In this document: piece after piece, positions 29,309 to 39,577 of the stretch
Numbering within the stretch: position 1 is the first letter of the stretch
Layout of the letters: every line of letters begins with the position of its first letter
Virus record (IMG/VR): IMGVR_UViG_3300027741_000002
Location: 32,001-96,000 of that record
Reading direction: 5' to 3' (one strand)
DNA: 64,000 bases
Origin: a virus
Notes under the pieces: model-generated
Seen by the model: only the letters and a program-made list of their open reading frames with translations
Databases searched by the model: none
What the model was told of the DNA's origin: nothing
Position numbers and translations under genes: made by a program

Positions 29309-32300
29309 TTAGTTCCAGAAAGATGGCTTAAGAATGCGTAGGAATCTTGCATGAACAGCGCCATTTGGCTTCAACATTGCGTCAAGACGCTGATTGATTG
29401 CATCGCGGTAGTTATTTAAGCTTCCCCACTGGGCAATAACCATGTCAAGCTCTTTTCCAGCCAGCTGAATGTTTCCATCCTTAAGACTTTCGCGTAAGTT
29501 ATTTGCTTCATTTCTAAACAATGCCAGCAAATCTTCTTCCTTCATAGCGCGAGTAAGCGCAGGCATTGTTAGATCATAAATCTTGCCGTCGCCTTCACCA
29601 AGTATAGCGTCAAATAGATACTGGTTTCTATCTCCTGGCTTTAACGCAAAAGAAGATAATGAATGGTCAATTGGGAAGATACGAATTTGAGATGGATTGA
29701 CTCCGTCAAGTGCGTAGAGGATGTTTCCATTATGGCGATCTTGATTGTTGATGAGCAGATCGAGAAGAACTACGCGTGCAGCGTCTTCAGGAGTATGCAT
29801 CTTGTTAATAAAATTATCACCGTTAAATGTTACTTTGCTACCATCAAGCGCTACAAGTGTACCGGTCGTGCCGTCATAGACCTTTGATGCAACCCGTGGC
29901 TCGCTGCCGAGAGGAAGTGTAGATCCAGCTTCCTGCATAACAAGAACATTAGGATTATCACTGCTTACTAGCGTGTTGTATGCTCCTTCAAATCCAATAC
30001 CGCGCGCGATATTAGTTGCGGCAATCTCGGAAAGAGGTCCACTAATATCATAGTTAGTTGCTAGATCATCCTTCTTGACATAGAAGCGTTGTCCCGATGC
30101 AACATGAGTAGCAAGCCATGTGTCGTTGTAACCTGACTCATACATGCCAAGACGTTTAATATCAAAGCCTTTAACCTTATTTTGCGAGATGTCTTCTATA
30201 GTAGCACTAGCAAGATCTGTTCCTACGCCAAAGTCGGTAGAATTAAGTAGAGGGTTGTCTGCCTTAGCCTCGGCGTGAAGTGCCTTACGTAGTTGGAAGA
30301 TGTCCTGCATTGGCAGATCTCTTCCTTCCTTAGTTAAAAGTTGTTTTGTAACATATGTATTAAGCGCTGTCTTTGCAGCTGGAGAAAGAACTGCTAGAGA
30401 TCTATTGTTTTGCAGTACGTCTCTGATTTCAGCTAAGTACTGCCCAAGCTCTGAGTTCTTATTGCCAAACTCGTTACTGTTTGCAGTCATGACAAATTCA
30501 CGACCGACGTTAGGCTTATTTTCTTTTGCCTCTATACGCTTACGCGCTGCACGAATCTGATCATAATTTACTGACTGTACTTGCTCCTTGACTGTAGGAT
30601 CAAGTCGCTTGACGCCCATCCAGCCATTTCTTGCCATAAGATCTTTACCGGTCCAGGTCTTTGCACCTGGATACCAACCAACAAGAGCAAGCTCCATAGG
30701 AGTTGGCGTCTTATTTAGATCTAATCCGCCGTCACGAAGTTTAGCCGCTGTTGCTTTTTCCTGTAGACGTTCAATCTGTGCAATTACACCTTTGTCCGTA
30801 GCTACACGTCGCATCAGTCTTAATCGTGTAAATACTTCACTCTCTGCACTGGCAGGAGTTTCCCAGTTAAATCCGTTTAGCGCCCAGACAAATCCACCTT
30901 GGTAGCTTCCTCCACCTGCAGCCTGCACATGAATTTCCTTAACTCCATTGGCGATATACCAATCTTCCATAAAACGGTTATACGCTGTAGCAAATCCAGA
31001 TTTTTTATCCTTAGCGTTATTTATAGCTAGGTAGTTATTCTTTACCTGCCACTCGAAGTTGTTAGCTCCTGTATTAGGATCTACAGCTGATTTACCACTA
31101 ACTGTTCTATTTATCGTTCCGATGCTTCTGCCATTAGAGTCTAAAACATTCATTGCGATACTAAGACTCACGGGCTGATTGCCAGCTTGTAGTTCTTCCT
31201 TTGTTCCGCTTAAGAATACATTAAATCCACCAAATGTTAGCGAGTAGTTATTCTTTCCAAACGTTACGCCATCGCGAACACCGTAGGTATCCTTCATCAT
31301 CGCGTCAAGCTGCTCTTTTTTCTTAGTGACTTCTAAAGATAGCGCTTCTTTTTGTGCTGCAGGAGCCGCACGGAACTCGAGGATAGCTAGTTGATGATCA
31401 ATAGCTGCCTGCTTAATACTTTCAAGAGTTACACGATCTTGAGCTGCCCTAGCAATTTCTCCCGCGCGCAGACCCCAGACAGAGTAGTCGCTTTGTTTTG
31501 CATCGGGATTTGTGAATTCTTTTAGACGATCTGGAGTAGTTCCAAGATCGTTAACACCTTGGATATTTCCTTCAGTTGCAATTGCTCCAGGGTTAAGAAC
31601 CGGTGCGTCAAGGCGTGATGATACATCTGGAACTGGCGGAGGAGTAGGTGCCTGTCGCTGAGCTTCATTAGGAACTGCCTGCTGCGCATCTCCAGTTGCT
31701 CGTACCTTAAGTGCAGAGCGAACTGCTACTGACCCGTCGTCAAAACGCACACGAACATAAGGAATACGTTCACCTGTGCGTGAGTCAATATTTTGAACTG
31801 CGATAACTGTTCCAGTGCGGCCATCACGAGAAGCACGAATACGTGTTCCCTTGCCCATAACCTTACCTGCAATATCAAGAACTGTGTTGTCTGGGTGATA
31901 CCCACGATTTTCTGGTCCCGGGTAGACAGGCGCTGGGTTATTAGCTGCAGGAGAATCTACACTTACTGTCTCTACAGGTTGCGCTACTTCTGGCGCTTGA
32001 CGCTGCCCTGTTGTAGGAGGTCCAGCTTGTGGTGTAGGCGCTTGAGCTGGCGCTGGAGCTACTGGAGTTTCTATAGCTTGACGCTCTCCTGTTGTAGGAG
32101 GGAATCTACGCTCAGCAGCGGGAGTAGGCGCTGGGTTAAGGATAGCAGGACCGGCGACTTCTGCAATTGCGTCGATGATCTCCGACTTGTTTGCCTCAGA
32201 CCAGTCAAGAAGTCCTTTTTGGTCTATTGCATCACGAATCTTATTTGCTGTCTCAGGATCAACTGTGTTACCAGTTTGTTCAATGAGATCTTTAATCATC

Positions 32301-35047
32301 TGTGAATGCGCCTGAAGAGTTGGACTTTCAGAAGACGAAGGAGAAGGAGACGTAGTATCCATATTGTTTGATTCTTTCTTAAGATCAAGAAGAATCTGAT
32401 TTGTATTAACACCTTGATACTGAAGTGCGTCGCGCATTGACTCAATTGGAACTTCAACGGTGATGTTGTCAAATGCTAGAAGCGCAGCGCCTGACCCGTC
32501 GGTGATTCCAGATATAAGTTGCTCGACAAGATCTGCAGTGTAATAATCCTGCGCAAGAATTTGCGGATTGTCTGTGTAGCCATTGTTATCGACTGTAGGC
32601 TGAGATGGCACGTACGCATTTGGATCTGGAATGTAATAGTCTGGGTTTTGGAAGTCAATTGGTAGATTTTCAATAAGCTTCCCTGGCAAAGGCTCAGGTT
32701 TAGCATTAGCGTCTTTTTGGTTTGCAATAGGATTATCGCCAGGCTTAGTTGCGTCTTTAAGTTGACGTATTTCCTGCATTATAGAATCAACAAGCTGTGT
32801 CTCGTCAGCTGAAGGCTTTCCGCCTTGTGCCTCGATAATCTTATTAAGGTTATCATTATTGCCGTTAGCCGAGTCATAGATGTTTGCGATGACGCGGTTA
32901 GGGTCTAATCCAGCTTCCCATAAAGCGTTAAACAGCGCCTCAGCAGGCACATACTCTGCACCTGCGCTAAACTCTAGTTGGCCTGCACCTGAAGGCTGTC
33001 CAACGTTTACCTGCGGAATGTCAACGTTATTTGGAATAGCTGCAGGGTCAACCATATCGTTATTGCTATCAACGTTTGCGTTAAGAATTTCTGCTATGGC
33101 TGCATCTGTAGAGTTCCCCAGCAGCGCCTGTGACAACGCCTGAACAAGTTCCTGCGGAGTAAACTTAGTTGCTAGCTTCTTTGGGTTGTCTGTAAAGTCT
33201 CTGCTTGCTTCATCTACGCGTCCTTGAACATCGTAGTTTGCAGTATTAAGTTTGAATGCTCCATTTGGCGCTGTAAAGTCTGGGAATAGCGCAGGGGCTG
33301 TAGGCGCACTGGTATTAACAACTTTTTCTGCGTTTGACTTATTATTTGAAGGAACAGTTGCAACTTTCTTTACTGCCTTGCTTTTTACAGTCTCTTTAGA
33401 CGGAGTAAACTCAATTGGGTTATCCTTGGTAAACGTCGAATTGAGATAGTCAACTAGACCTGGAAGACCTTGTGTTTCAATCTGGCTCCATGAGTCAAAC
33501 TTCTGTGCGCCACCACGGCCGTCTGTTCCAGGCTCAGGGATCCACCCAGATGCATGCCCGGCGATATATTTACCGTCTCCAGTTAAATACGCAAGAACTG
33601 GATAAGTTCCACCGTCGCGCAATGGAAGTTCACGAGAGTAGTGTGTGTCGTTATTTGGATCACGTACCCAGCCGTCAGGAACTACATTTCCGTTAAGATC
33701 TTTATTTCCAAGTGGTTGAGGCGCAGGCTTGCCTGCGTCAATTGCCTTGTTCTCCTGCATGCGCTGTTCTTGCATCTTAAGGATGTCTTGTGGGTTAATA
33801 ACGTCCTTAGCTGTAGCGCCAGGAATTTTACCAAGAGGAAGTTGACCTTCTGTGGCTTTTGCTTCTTGGCCAGCAATATACTTATCAAATGATGGTTCGT
33901 CCTTAGACATAGCTGCGTTAGCTTCTGCCCAGCTGCTAACTCGCGCAATAGCTTCTCCGGTTGGACGCCCATTTGCGTCTAGACGTAGTACAGAATGTGG
34001 ACGCCCGCTGCGGTCAATGACGACAGCGTAGTTATCGTCTGATATATACATCCCATTTTGATAGTGCCAACCGATTGGCGCGTCTTTACGTGTTGCAGTA
34101 AGCTCCGCTAGCGTAGGAATATTTTTGTCGAGTTGATCTTTAAACGAAGGTTTCTCTGGAGCCGCATGTCCAGGAATACGTGCCTGGTATACCTGGGCGT
34201 TACCACTTTTAATAACATAAAGCCCTGGTCGAAGTCCAGGAACTCCTGATACTTCGATAAGTCCTGAGTCTGCAACAAGTGACGGGCCTTTAGGCGTATT
34301 CTCGATACGAGTATCTCCGCCGGCGCCGATATAGTCTCCGCTGCCAACTTGAATTGAGCCGTCAGGCAAACGGAAACGGAAGTTAACACCGCGTCCCATT
34401 TCAACCCAGCGGCCCTTCTTGTCACGCCACTGTAGAGCAACGCGTGCGCGACGAGCCGCGGACGAGTTTCCGCTGCTAAACGCTGCAATAATAGGTGAAA
34501 GGTTGTCAAGCTTAAAGTATGACGCAAGAAGAGTCTTGTTTGCATTGAGTCGAGCAAACGCATGTTCACGCTCGATAGACCCTGGCATTGCTCCGTGAGC
34601 TGAGGCAACTAGTGGACGAATAGACTCGTCGATGGAAGTATCAGCTGCAATCCACTGCGCGTTCTTTGCAAGAAATTCCTCGGCAGAAAGCGACGCGTTA
34701 AGAGAAGATAGAGGGTGGCCTGCGACTAGCAAATCTGTGTTACTTGTCTCGCTGGCTGTAAATGTCTTTGTTGCAACACTAAGGAAGCGTGATACCTCCT
34801 TGAGGACCGCAAAGTTGCGCGCCTCGTCGTCAAGTGTTGATAGATCTGCAAGTGCACGATTCATTACGATAAGCGCGGCGCGCGGAGTTACATGACGCTC
34901 CTCGGATACCTTAGAGTTTGCATCCTTGACGAGAGATAAGACTTGCTCATGCAAAGAGAAGACAGGTAAAAAGTTACTGTCTTTTTTCTTACGAGCTGCC
35001 TTGCGCTTGAGCATACGCTCAATCTTGTCGTTTAGAGGTGCATCCAT
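29309..35047 (-). CDS. giant head-region protein with C-terminal GNAT-like acetyltransferase and HipA/PI3-4-kinase-like domains
   Basis: RARVALQWRDKKGRWVEMG; SH3/KOW-like segment; KKSGFA...GVKEIHVQA..GGFVWALNGFNW (GNAT); SGYNDT, FYVKK, LSEIAA, DLLINNQDRHNGNIL, IDHSL (kinase). Confidence 0.75.
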   Translation of the reverse strand: MDAPLNDKIERMLKRKAARKKKDSNFLPVFSLHEQVLSLVKDANSKVSEERHVTPRAALIVMNRALADLSTLDDEARNFAVLKEVSRFLSVATKTFTASETSNTDLLVAGHPLSSLNASLSAEEFLAKNAQWIAADTSIDESIRPLVASAHGAMPGSIEREHAFARLNANKTLLASYFKLDNLSPIIAAFSSGNSSAARRARVALQWRDKKGRWVEMGRGVNFRFRLPDGSIQVGSGDYIGAGGDTRIENTPKGPSLVADSGLIEVSGVPGLRPGLYVIKSGNAQVYQARIPGHAAPEKPSFKDQLDKNIPTLAELTATRKDAPIGWHYQNGMYISDDNYAVVIDRSGRPHSVLRLDANGRPTGEAIARVSSWAEANAAMSKDEPSFDKYIAGQEAKATEGQLPLGKIPGATAKDVINPQDILKMQEQRMQENKAIDAGKPAPQPLGNKDLNGNVVPDGWVRDPNNDTHYSRELPLRDGGTYPVLAYLTGDGKYIAGHASGWIPEPGTDGRGGAQKFDSWSQIETQGLPGLVDYLNSTFTKDNPIEFTPSKETVKSKAVKKVATVPSNNKSNAEKVVNTSAPTAPALFPDFTAPNGAFKLNTANYDVQGRVDEASRDFTDNPKKLATKFTPQELVQALSQALLGNSTDAAIAEILNANVDSNNDMVDPAAIPNNVDIPQVNVGQPSGAGQLEFSAGAEYVPAEALFNALWEAGLDPNRVIANIYDSANGNNDNLNKIIEAQGGKPSADETQLVDSIMQEIRQLKDATKPGDNPIANQKDANAKPEPLPGKLIENLPIDFQNPDYYIPDPNAYVPSQPTVDNNGYTDNPQILAQDYYTADLVEQLISGITDGSGAALLAFDNITVEVPIESMRDALQYQGVNTNQILLDLKKESNNMDTTSPSPSSSESPTLQAHSQMIKDLIEQTGNTVDPETANKIRDAIDQKGLLDWSEANKSEIIDAIAEVAGPAILNPAPTPAAERRFPPTTGERQAIETPVAPAPAQAPTPQAGPPTTGQRQAPEVAQPVETVSVDSPAANNPAPVYPGPENRGYHPDNTVLDIAGKVMGKGTRIRASRDGRTGTVIAVQNIDSRTGERIPYVRVRFDDGSVAVRSALKVRATGDAQQAVPNEAQRQAPTPPPVPDVSSRLDAPVLNPGAIATEGNIQGVNDLGTTPDRLKEFTNPDAKQSDYSVWGLRAGEIARAAQDRVTLESIKQAAIDHQLAILEFRAAPAAQKEALSLEVTKKKEQLDAMMKDTYGVRDGVTFGKNNYSLTFGGFNVFLSGTKEELQAGNQPVSLSIAMNVLDSNGRSIGTINRTVSGKSAVDPNTGANNFEWQVKNNYLAINNAKDKKSGFATAYNRFMEDWYIANGVKEIHVQAAGGGSYQGGFVWALNGFNWETPASAESEVFTRLRLMRRVATDKGVIAQIERLQEKATAAKLRDGGLDLNKTPTPMELALVGWYPGAKTWTGKDLMARNGWMGVKRLDPTVKEQVQSVNYDQIRAARKRIEAKENKPNVGREFVMTANSNEFGNKNSELGQYLAEIRDVLQNNRSLAVLSPAAKTALNTYVTKQLLTKEGRDLPMQDIFQLRKALHAEAKADNPLLNSTDFGVGTDLASATIEDISQNKVKGFDIKRLGMYESGYNDTWLATHVASGQRFYVKKDDLATNYDISGPLSEIAATNIARGIGFEGAYNTLVSSDNPNVLVMQEAGSTLPLGSEPRVASKVYDGTTGTLVALDGSKVTFNGDNFINKMHTPEDAARVVLLDLLINNQDRHNGNILYALDGVNPSQIRIFPIDHSLSSFALKPGDRNQYLFDAILGEGDGKIYDLTMPALTRAMKEEDLLALFRNEANNLRESLKDGNIQLAGKELDMVIAQWGSLNNYRDAINQRLDAMLKPNGAVHARFLRILKPSFWN

Positions 35048-35058
35048 CTAGATGATAC

Positions 35059-37113
35059 CTATCCCTTACGCTTCTTTGGGAGTAAATCCGCGTCCTTAGA
35101 ATCATAGAGTTTTGTCGCTAGGGTGTATGCTCGCTCAAACGGGATATCCCCGTCTCTTACACCTCGTAGCCACGCACCGCGTAGCGCAGGGATTGCCTCA
35201 TAACCTAGAGATGAGTACTCGGCCATCGCATGGATAGCGTGCTCTGGTGAGCCGTATTCATCAGCAGTCTTAAGCGCAATAGATAAAAGTTCGTGCTGCA
35301 TTATTGAAGCCTCAGCGCGAGAAGACTTAGGGTGAGCCTTAGGCAATAGATCATTGTCCTGCTTATAGTTTGGATTTGCAGGAGAGCCAGACTTGAGAAG
35401 TTTGAGGAACGCATTAACGCGAGCCATTGCCCAACCATCACGAGTCATACCTGGTCGGTGGCTAGACGAGAACGCGCCTGAACCTCTACGGTAAACTGCC
35501 TTTAGCATTGGAAGGGTTGCCTTACGCCCAGGCTTCGCACCCTTGTTATGAGTTTCTACTTTAGCGCGAAGGCTTGCTTCAGTTCTTGCAGAGAAAACGA
35601 TCTTCTTAGATCCTGCGGCGCTTCCTGGCTTATTTTTCTTTGAGCCGTGAATACGATCTTTCTTTGGAGCTGGGCGTGAGCCTGCAGATGTGATTGGACC
35701 TCCGACTGCCCACGCGTTACACGTGCGTGTCGCGGCGCACTTAAAATCTAGTGCTTCGCAGTAGCCAAGATCTGCTTGCTTGATAGCTGCATCAGCATCT
35801 ACTTGACTTGAGTCTCCTTGTTCTAGTCCTTGTGCGATGCAGTCGAGCATCTTAGGTGTTTGAACAAAAAAGACACAGTTACCGCAGCGACTAGTCTTTG
35901 CCTCTTCAGGAGTTGTTTTCCACTTGTCTGCTTTTTCCTGCCAAAATTCTTCGTTAGGCTCGTTTGGATTCAACGGGCCATAGCCCACGTTGTCAATTGC
36001 GTTTTGACGATTCTTTAAGTTAACTTGAATATCCTGAGTCGCGACAGGGCATGCATCACCTTCACCTGCAGCAACGATAACTTCTCCGTCACCGTTATCT
36101 GCTCCGTCAACGTTAACTACACCGTCAGGGATAACAGCAAAGCGGCACTTGCCGTCGTCTTCAATAGTAGGTGCGATAATCTTGCAAACGCCAGGACCGT
36201 CATACAGGACACAGTTGACGCACTTAACACCGATCTCCTTGTACTCGTTTTCAGCCGCAGGAGTGTACCCTGCCCAGATGCCTGTCTCGTCTTCGTTAAA
36301 CTTTCCGTACTTGTCCGCGATCTCTAGTAGAGCTGCTGCAAGATCCTGCTCTTCGGCAACGATAACTCCTGCTGCTTGAAGAGCTTCAACCCGCTGCTCT
36401 TGAAAAGAGAAATACATATCCTGCGAGGTATACTGTCCGTACTCGTCTGCAGACAGACATTGATTACACACACAACCGGAGTCACATAGACATGTTCCTC
36501 CGTCACATCCTGGACATACACAGCCAGCTGGTCCACAAAGTGGGCAGCCGTCTGCGTCGTCCATAAGCTGCTCAACAACAGGAGTGTCTCCTGCGTCTAA
36601 AAGTTCAGCAGCTTCAGATTTTCCCGGCATACCGGAATCTGTAGGTGTTAAATATGCGCCAATCTGCCAACGCCACTTCTTGTGCATGTCATCACGGTCT
36701 GCGAGGAAGTTGATAACTCCCTGCTCGTTGTATTTAGCAGCAAGATCAAGGGCTTGTCCGATAACTGCAATCATTACATCGTTAGCTGCGTAGAGATCTG
36801 CTAGCATGGAGAATGGGTCGTCTGTAACGTCCATATCCTGTGTCTGGTTAAGATCAATAAAGTCTTGAAGCTTGTAAGGAGCATCATGACCCATCTTTAG
36901 CATAAGCTCTGCCGTAGGATCGATAGACTCGTAGAGATCCTCGTAGATCTCTTGGAAAAACTCGTGAAACTCTGCAAAGTCGCGTCCCTTTACGTTCCAG
37001 TGATGGCCGTGCGTCTTAAAGTACATAGTTACTACGCTGCCTAGAACTACAGCAATCGAGCTGCTAAGCTCCGATCTGTCGGTATTAGTGTCTATGTTTT
37101 GATTTTCGTACAT
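35059..37113 (-). CDS. Dps/ferritin-like domain fused to Cys-rich and further head-associated domains
   Basis: KTHGHHWNVKGRDFAEFHEFFQEIYE..DPTAE..HKKWRWQ (Dps); CPLCGPAGCVCPGCDGGTCLCDSGCVCNQC; two CxNC..C..C domains; LKAVYRRGSGAFSSSHRPG..WAMARVNAF domain. Confidence 0.8.
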   Translation of the reverse strand: MYENQNIDTNTDRSELSSSIAVVLGSVVTMYFKTHGHHWNVKGRDFAEFHEFFQEIYEDLYESIDPTAELMLKMGHDAPYKLQDFIDLNQTQDMDVTDDPFSMLADLYAANDVMIAVIGQALDLAAKYNEQGVINFLADRDDMHKKWRWQIGAYLTPTDSGMPGKSEAAELLDAGDTPVVEQLMDDADGCPLCGPAGCVCPGCDGGTCLCDSGCVCNQCLSADEYGQYTSQDMYFSFQEQRVEALQAAGVIVAEEQDLAAALLEIADKYGKFNEDETGIWAGYTPAAENEYKEIGVKCVNCVLYDGPGVCKIIAPTIEDDGKCRFAVIPDGVVNVDGADNGDGEVIVAAGEGDACPVATQDIQVNLKNRQNAIDNVGYGPLNPNEPNEEFWQEKADKWKTTPEEAKTSRCGNCVFFVQTPKMLDCIAQGLEQGDSSQVDADAAIKQADLGYCEALDFKCAATRTCNAWAVGGPITSAGSRPAPKKDRIHGSKKNKPGSAAGSKKIVFSARTEASLRAKVETHNKGAKPGRKATLPMLKAVYRRGSGAFSSSHRPGMTRDGWAMARVNAFLKLLKSGSPANPNYKQDNDLLPKAHPKSSRAEASIMQHELLSIALKTADEYGSPEHAIHAMAEYSSLGYEAIPALRGAWLRGVRDGDIPFERAYTLATKLYDSKDADLLPKKRKG

Positions 37114-37115
37114 TG

Positions 37116-38840
37116 CTACGCTCCTTCTTGTAGAGCCGGTGGTAGTGGTGGTTCAGGTGTTGCAGTTGGAGCAGGGGCAACGGGTGTTGCTTTGTCCAAA
37201 ATCTGTTGAATCTCTGGAGGTACTGGCGCGGCAGACTCTGCCTGTTGCGCTTCACGCACAGACTTCATAATCTCTGGAGCGATAGCTCCAATCATGGCCT
37301 GGGTAAGCTCTTGTGAAAGAACGCCCTTCTCTACAAGAAGACGAATTGCAAGTTCATTCGCGTCCGGCGCATCGGTAGCTGCAAATCCGTGAGCGCGACG
37401 CCATGCGTCATAGGAGACTGCCATCTTGTCAAAGCCCATGTCAGCATCTGCCGCGCGGTCGTTACGTGTTGAAACTGCGCTTGGGTCATACCAGATGCAT
37501 ACACGGGCTACGTCCTCCTCTACGAAGCCTGCAGCAAGGAGCGCAGGTCGTAGGTAGGCAACTGTAAGAGAATCCGCGATAAGAAGCATGAGAGGCTCGA
37601 TATGCGCCTTGTACAAGTTATCATCGATAGTCTGGGCGTTAGTGTACTTAACGTTTGCTAAACCGGTAATAATATCCTTAGGCACATCAAGCCCTTGAAG
37701 GATACGGTCAAGTACCTTATCGGAGCGATCTGCAAGTGCAGGGTCAAACGAGCGCTCAAACTTAAACTGCTTAATTTTGTCGCCAAGCTCTGCAGGTCCG
37801 CGAATAATAAGTGGAACAACCGCTGAAGCCGAGTCCTCGTCACGAATCGGAGTCGTCATCGCATCCATGAGTTGATCTTCAAACTCGTCGGCTGCTTCCT
37901 CCGCGGTCATGCCAGGATTGAGATCATTCTCGTCATCATACGGATAGTCAGGATCTGGAGACGCGGCAACAGAGAGACCGTCTGGGAGATAGAGAGCGCC
38001 AGCGTTTAGACGTGAGCGAGCTGTCGCGCGGAACGTACGGTTGAGCAAAAGTAGCTCTGAGCAAAGATCAAGTAGACCGCGTAATGATGAATCAGCCTCG
38101 TCTGAGTAGCGTGGGTGAGCTCTCCAGATACGAGCAACAAACGCTGTGTTAGGAAGTTTAACTCCGTTTGCGCCGGAGCGTGAAGACTGCGTTCCAATAA
38201 TGTCGCGGCGTGGAATAACAACGTATGAATTCTTAGAGTCTAGCTGCAACTCGTCTGTTGAGCGAATATCCCAGGACTCCTTAAGTCCTGAGCCCTTACG
38301 CTCGGGGAATTGAACAAGATAGCACTCGCCACTGACTAATAAGTTAAGAGCTGCATCCTTCAAAAGACCAGCTTGTCCGCCATACGCGGAGCTTAGACGC
38401 GCGAGGGCACGTTCAGCTGCGGCCGCGAGACGTGTATCAACTACCTCGCTGATGTTTACAGAGACAGGGTTCTCTCCGGCGTTATCAATAGCTCCTGCGT
38501 ATAAACGGATACGAGATACTACAGATGAAACAAGATTAAAGGCGTACTTGATCTCTCCGATTGCGTCGTAGTATTCCCATGCCTCGGACTGCCAGTCGCT
38601 GGATCCTCCGGAGCGGCGTTGCTTAAACTTCTCAACTTCGCCCTTGTCGTTAATCTGTAACTGAACTGCGGCGGCTGTAAGAGAGCGAGGAGCAGAGTAA
38701 GGAAGTGCCTGGGCATAGGTCTTGCCGTCAAAAACTACTGTCGCAGGCAGAGTGTTACGAGGCGCCTGTGCGGTGATACGACGAGTACGGGCAGGGTTGC
38801 CTTTAGGCTTCTTACTATTATCCTTAGAGAATAGTCCCAC
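37116..38840 (-). CDS. portal protein
   Basis: WQSEAWEYYDAIGEIKY, SRIRLY, VSGECYLV, RIWRAHPR..ADS, ARSRL.AG, SAVVP, GLDVPKDIITG typical of actinophage portals. Confidence 0.9.
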   Translation of the reverse strand: MGLFSKDNSKKPKGNPARTRRITAQAPRNTLPATVVFDGKTYAQALPYSAPRSLTAAAVQLQINDKGEVEKFKQRRSGGSSDWQSEAWEYYDAIGEIKYAFNLVSSVVSRIRLYAGAIDNAGENPVSVNISEVVDTRLAAAAERALARLSSAYGGQAGLLKDAALNLLVSGECYLVQFPERKGSGLKESWDIRSTDELQLDSKNSYVVIPRRDIIGTQSSRSGANGVKLPNTAFVARIWRAHPRYSDEADSSLRGLLDLCSELLLLNRTFRATARSRLNAGALYLPDGLSVAASPDPDYPYDDENDLNPGMTAEEAADEFEDQLMDAMTTPIRDEDSASAVVPLIIRGPAELGDKIKQFKFERSFDPALADRSDKVLDRILQGLDVPKDIITGLANVKYTNAQTIDDNLYKAHIEPLMLLIADSLTVAYLRPALLAAGFVEEDVARVCIWYDPSAVSTRNDRAADADMGFDKMAVSYDAWRRAHGFAATDAPDANELAIRLLVEKGVLSQELTQAMIGAIAPEIMKSVREAQQAESAAPVPPEIQQILDKATPVAPAPTATPEPPLPPALQEGA

Positions 38841-38879
38841 GTGTTACTCCTCGTCGTTGGCTAACGGAGCGTCGAATCA

Positions 38880-39188
38880 TTACTGATCCAGGCGCGCAGT
38901 TATAAGTCCTGCTATAGCGGACAGGGTAAATATACACCCAATTAGAATAGTTATACTTGGAAATAGAGCGTACGAGAACACAATCGGGAGCGCAACCCAC
39001 ATCGAGACGCACCAAGGGCATGTAAAGAAATATCCGATTTGAGAAGAGCGCGGAGGCTTACGGTCCCAGATCCAGTCACGGACTGGAGCTAGGACTTCAT
39101 CTAAGACGATGAGCCGTGTCAATCGGTAGACGAATAAGGCAAGGATGATTACGTGCAAGACAGACATCTTTTCTATCACTGAGTTCAT
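38880..39188 (-). CDS. DUF1360-like membrane protein
   Basis: ALFVYRLTRLIVLDEV..P.R, FTCPWCVSMW; ATG 39188 inferred. Confidence 0.75.
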   Translation of the reverse strand: MNSVIEKMSVLHVIILALFVYRLTRLIVLDEVLAPVRDWIWDRKPPRSSQIGYFFTCPWCVSMWVALPIVFSYALFPSITILIGCIFTLSAIAGLITARLDQ

Positions 39189-39577
39189 TCGGTAGGGTCC
39201 TTTACTGAGTCCATTGTTATGTAAGGGCTCCAAGATCGCAGTCTGCTGCCGCAGGTTGAGCAACCTTGGGTCTTACGAAACGCTATAATCTTCCCTGACT
39301 CCATAAGTGCCTGGGAATCCTGTGTCTTACTTCCTGACCAGTTAAAAAGTGAAATTTTCTCGCGAAAGATTAAGCGCGGTCCTTCGTGGTGATCCGCCGC
39401 TATCATGATGATCTGCTCGTTAAAGTTGTTCTCAAGAATCACGACGCGAACACGCTCGAAATACTTGTTGCCGCTAGGCACGTCCTCGCGGTTTGTCGTC
39501 ACCGTCATAAAGTCCTGGACGATACCAGGCGCAACCGCAACTATGGTTGCAGGGAAGAAATCATGAAGAACCTTCAT
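39185..39577 (-). CDS. hypothetical protein
   Basis: 130 aa, C-terminal GCSTCGSRLRSW, coupled to neighbours. Confidence 0.7.
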   Translation of the reverse strand: MKVLHDFFPATIVAVAPGIVQDFMTVTTNREDVPSGNKYFERVRVVILENNFNEQIIMIAADHHEGPRLIFREKISLFNWSGSKTQDSQALMESGKIIAFRKTQGCSTCGSRLRSWSPYITMDSVKDPTE

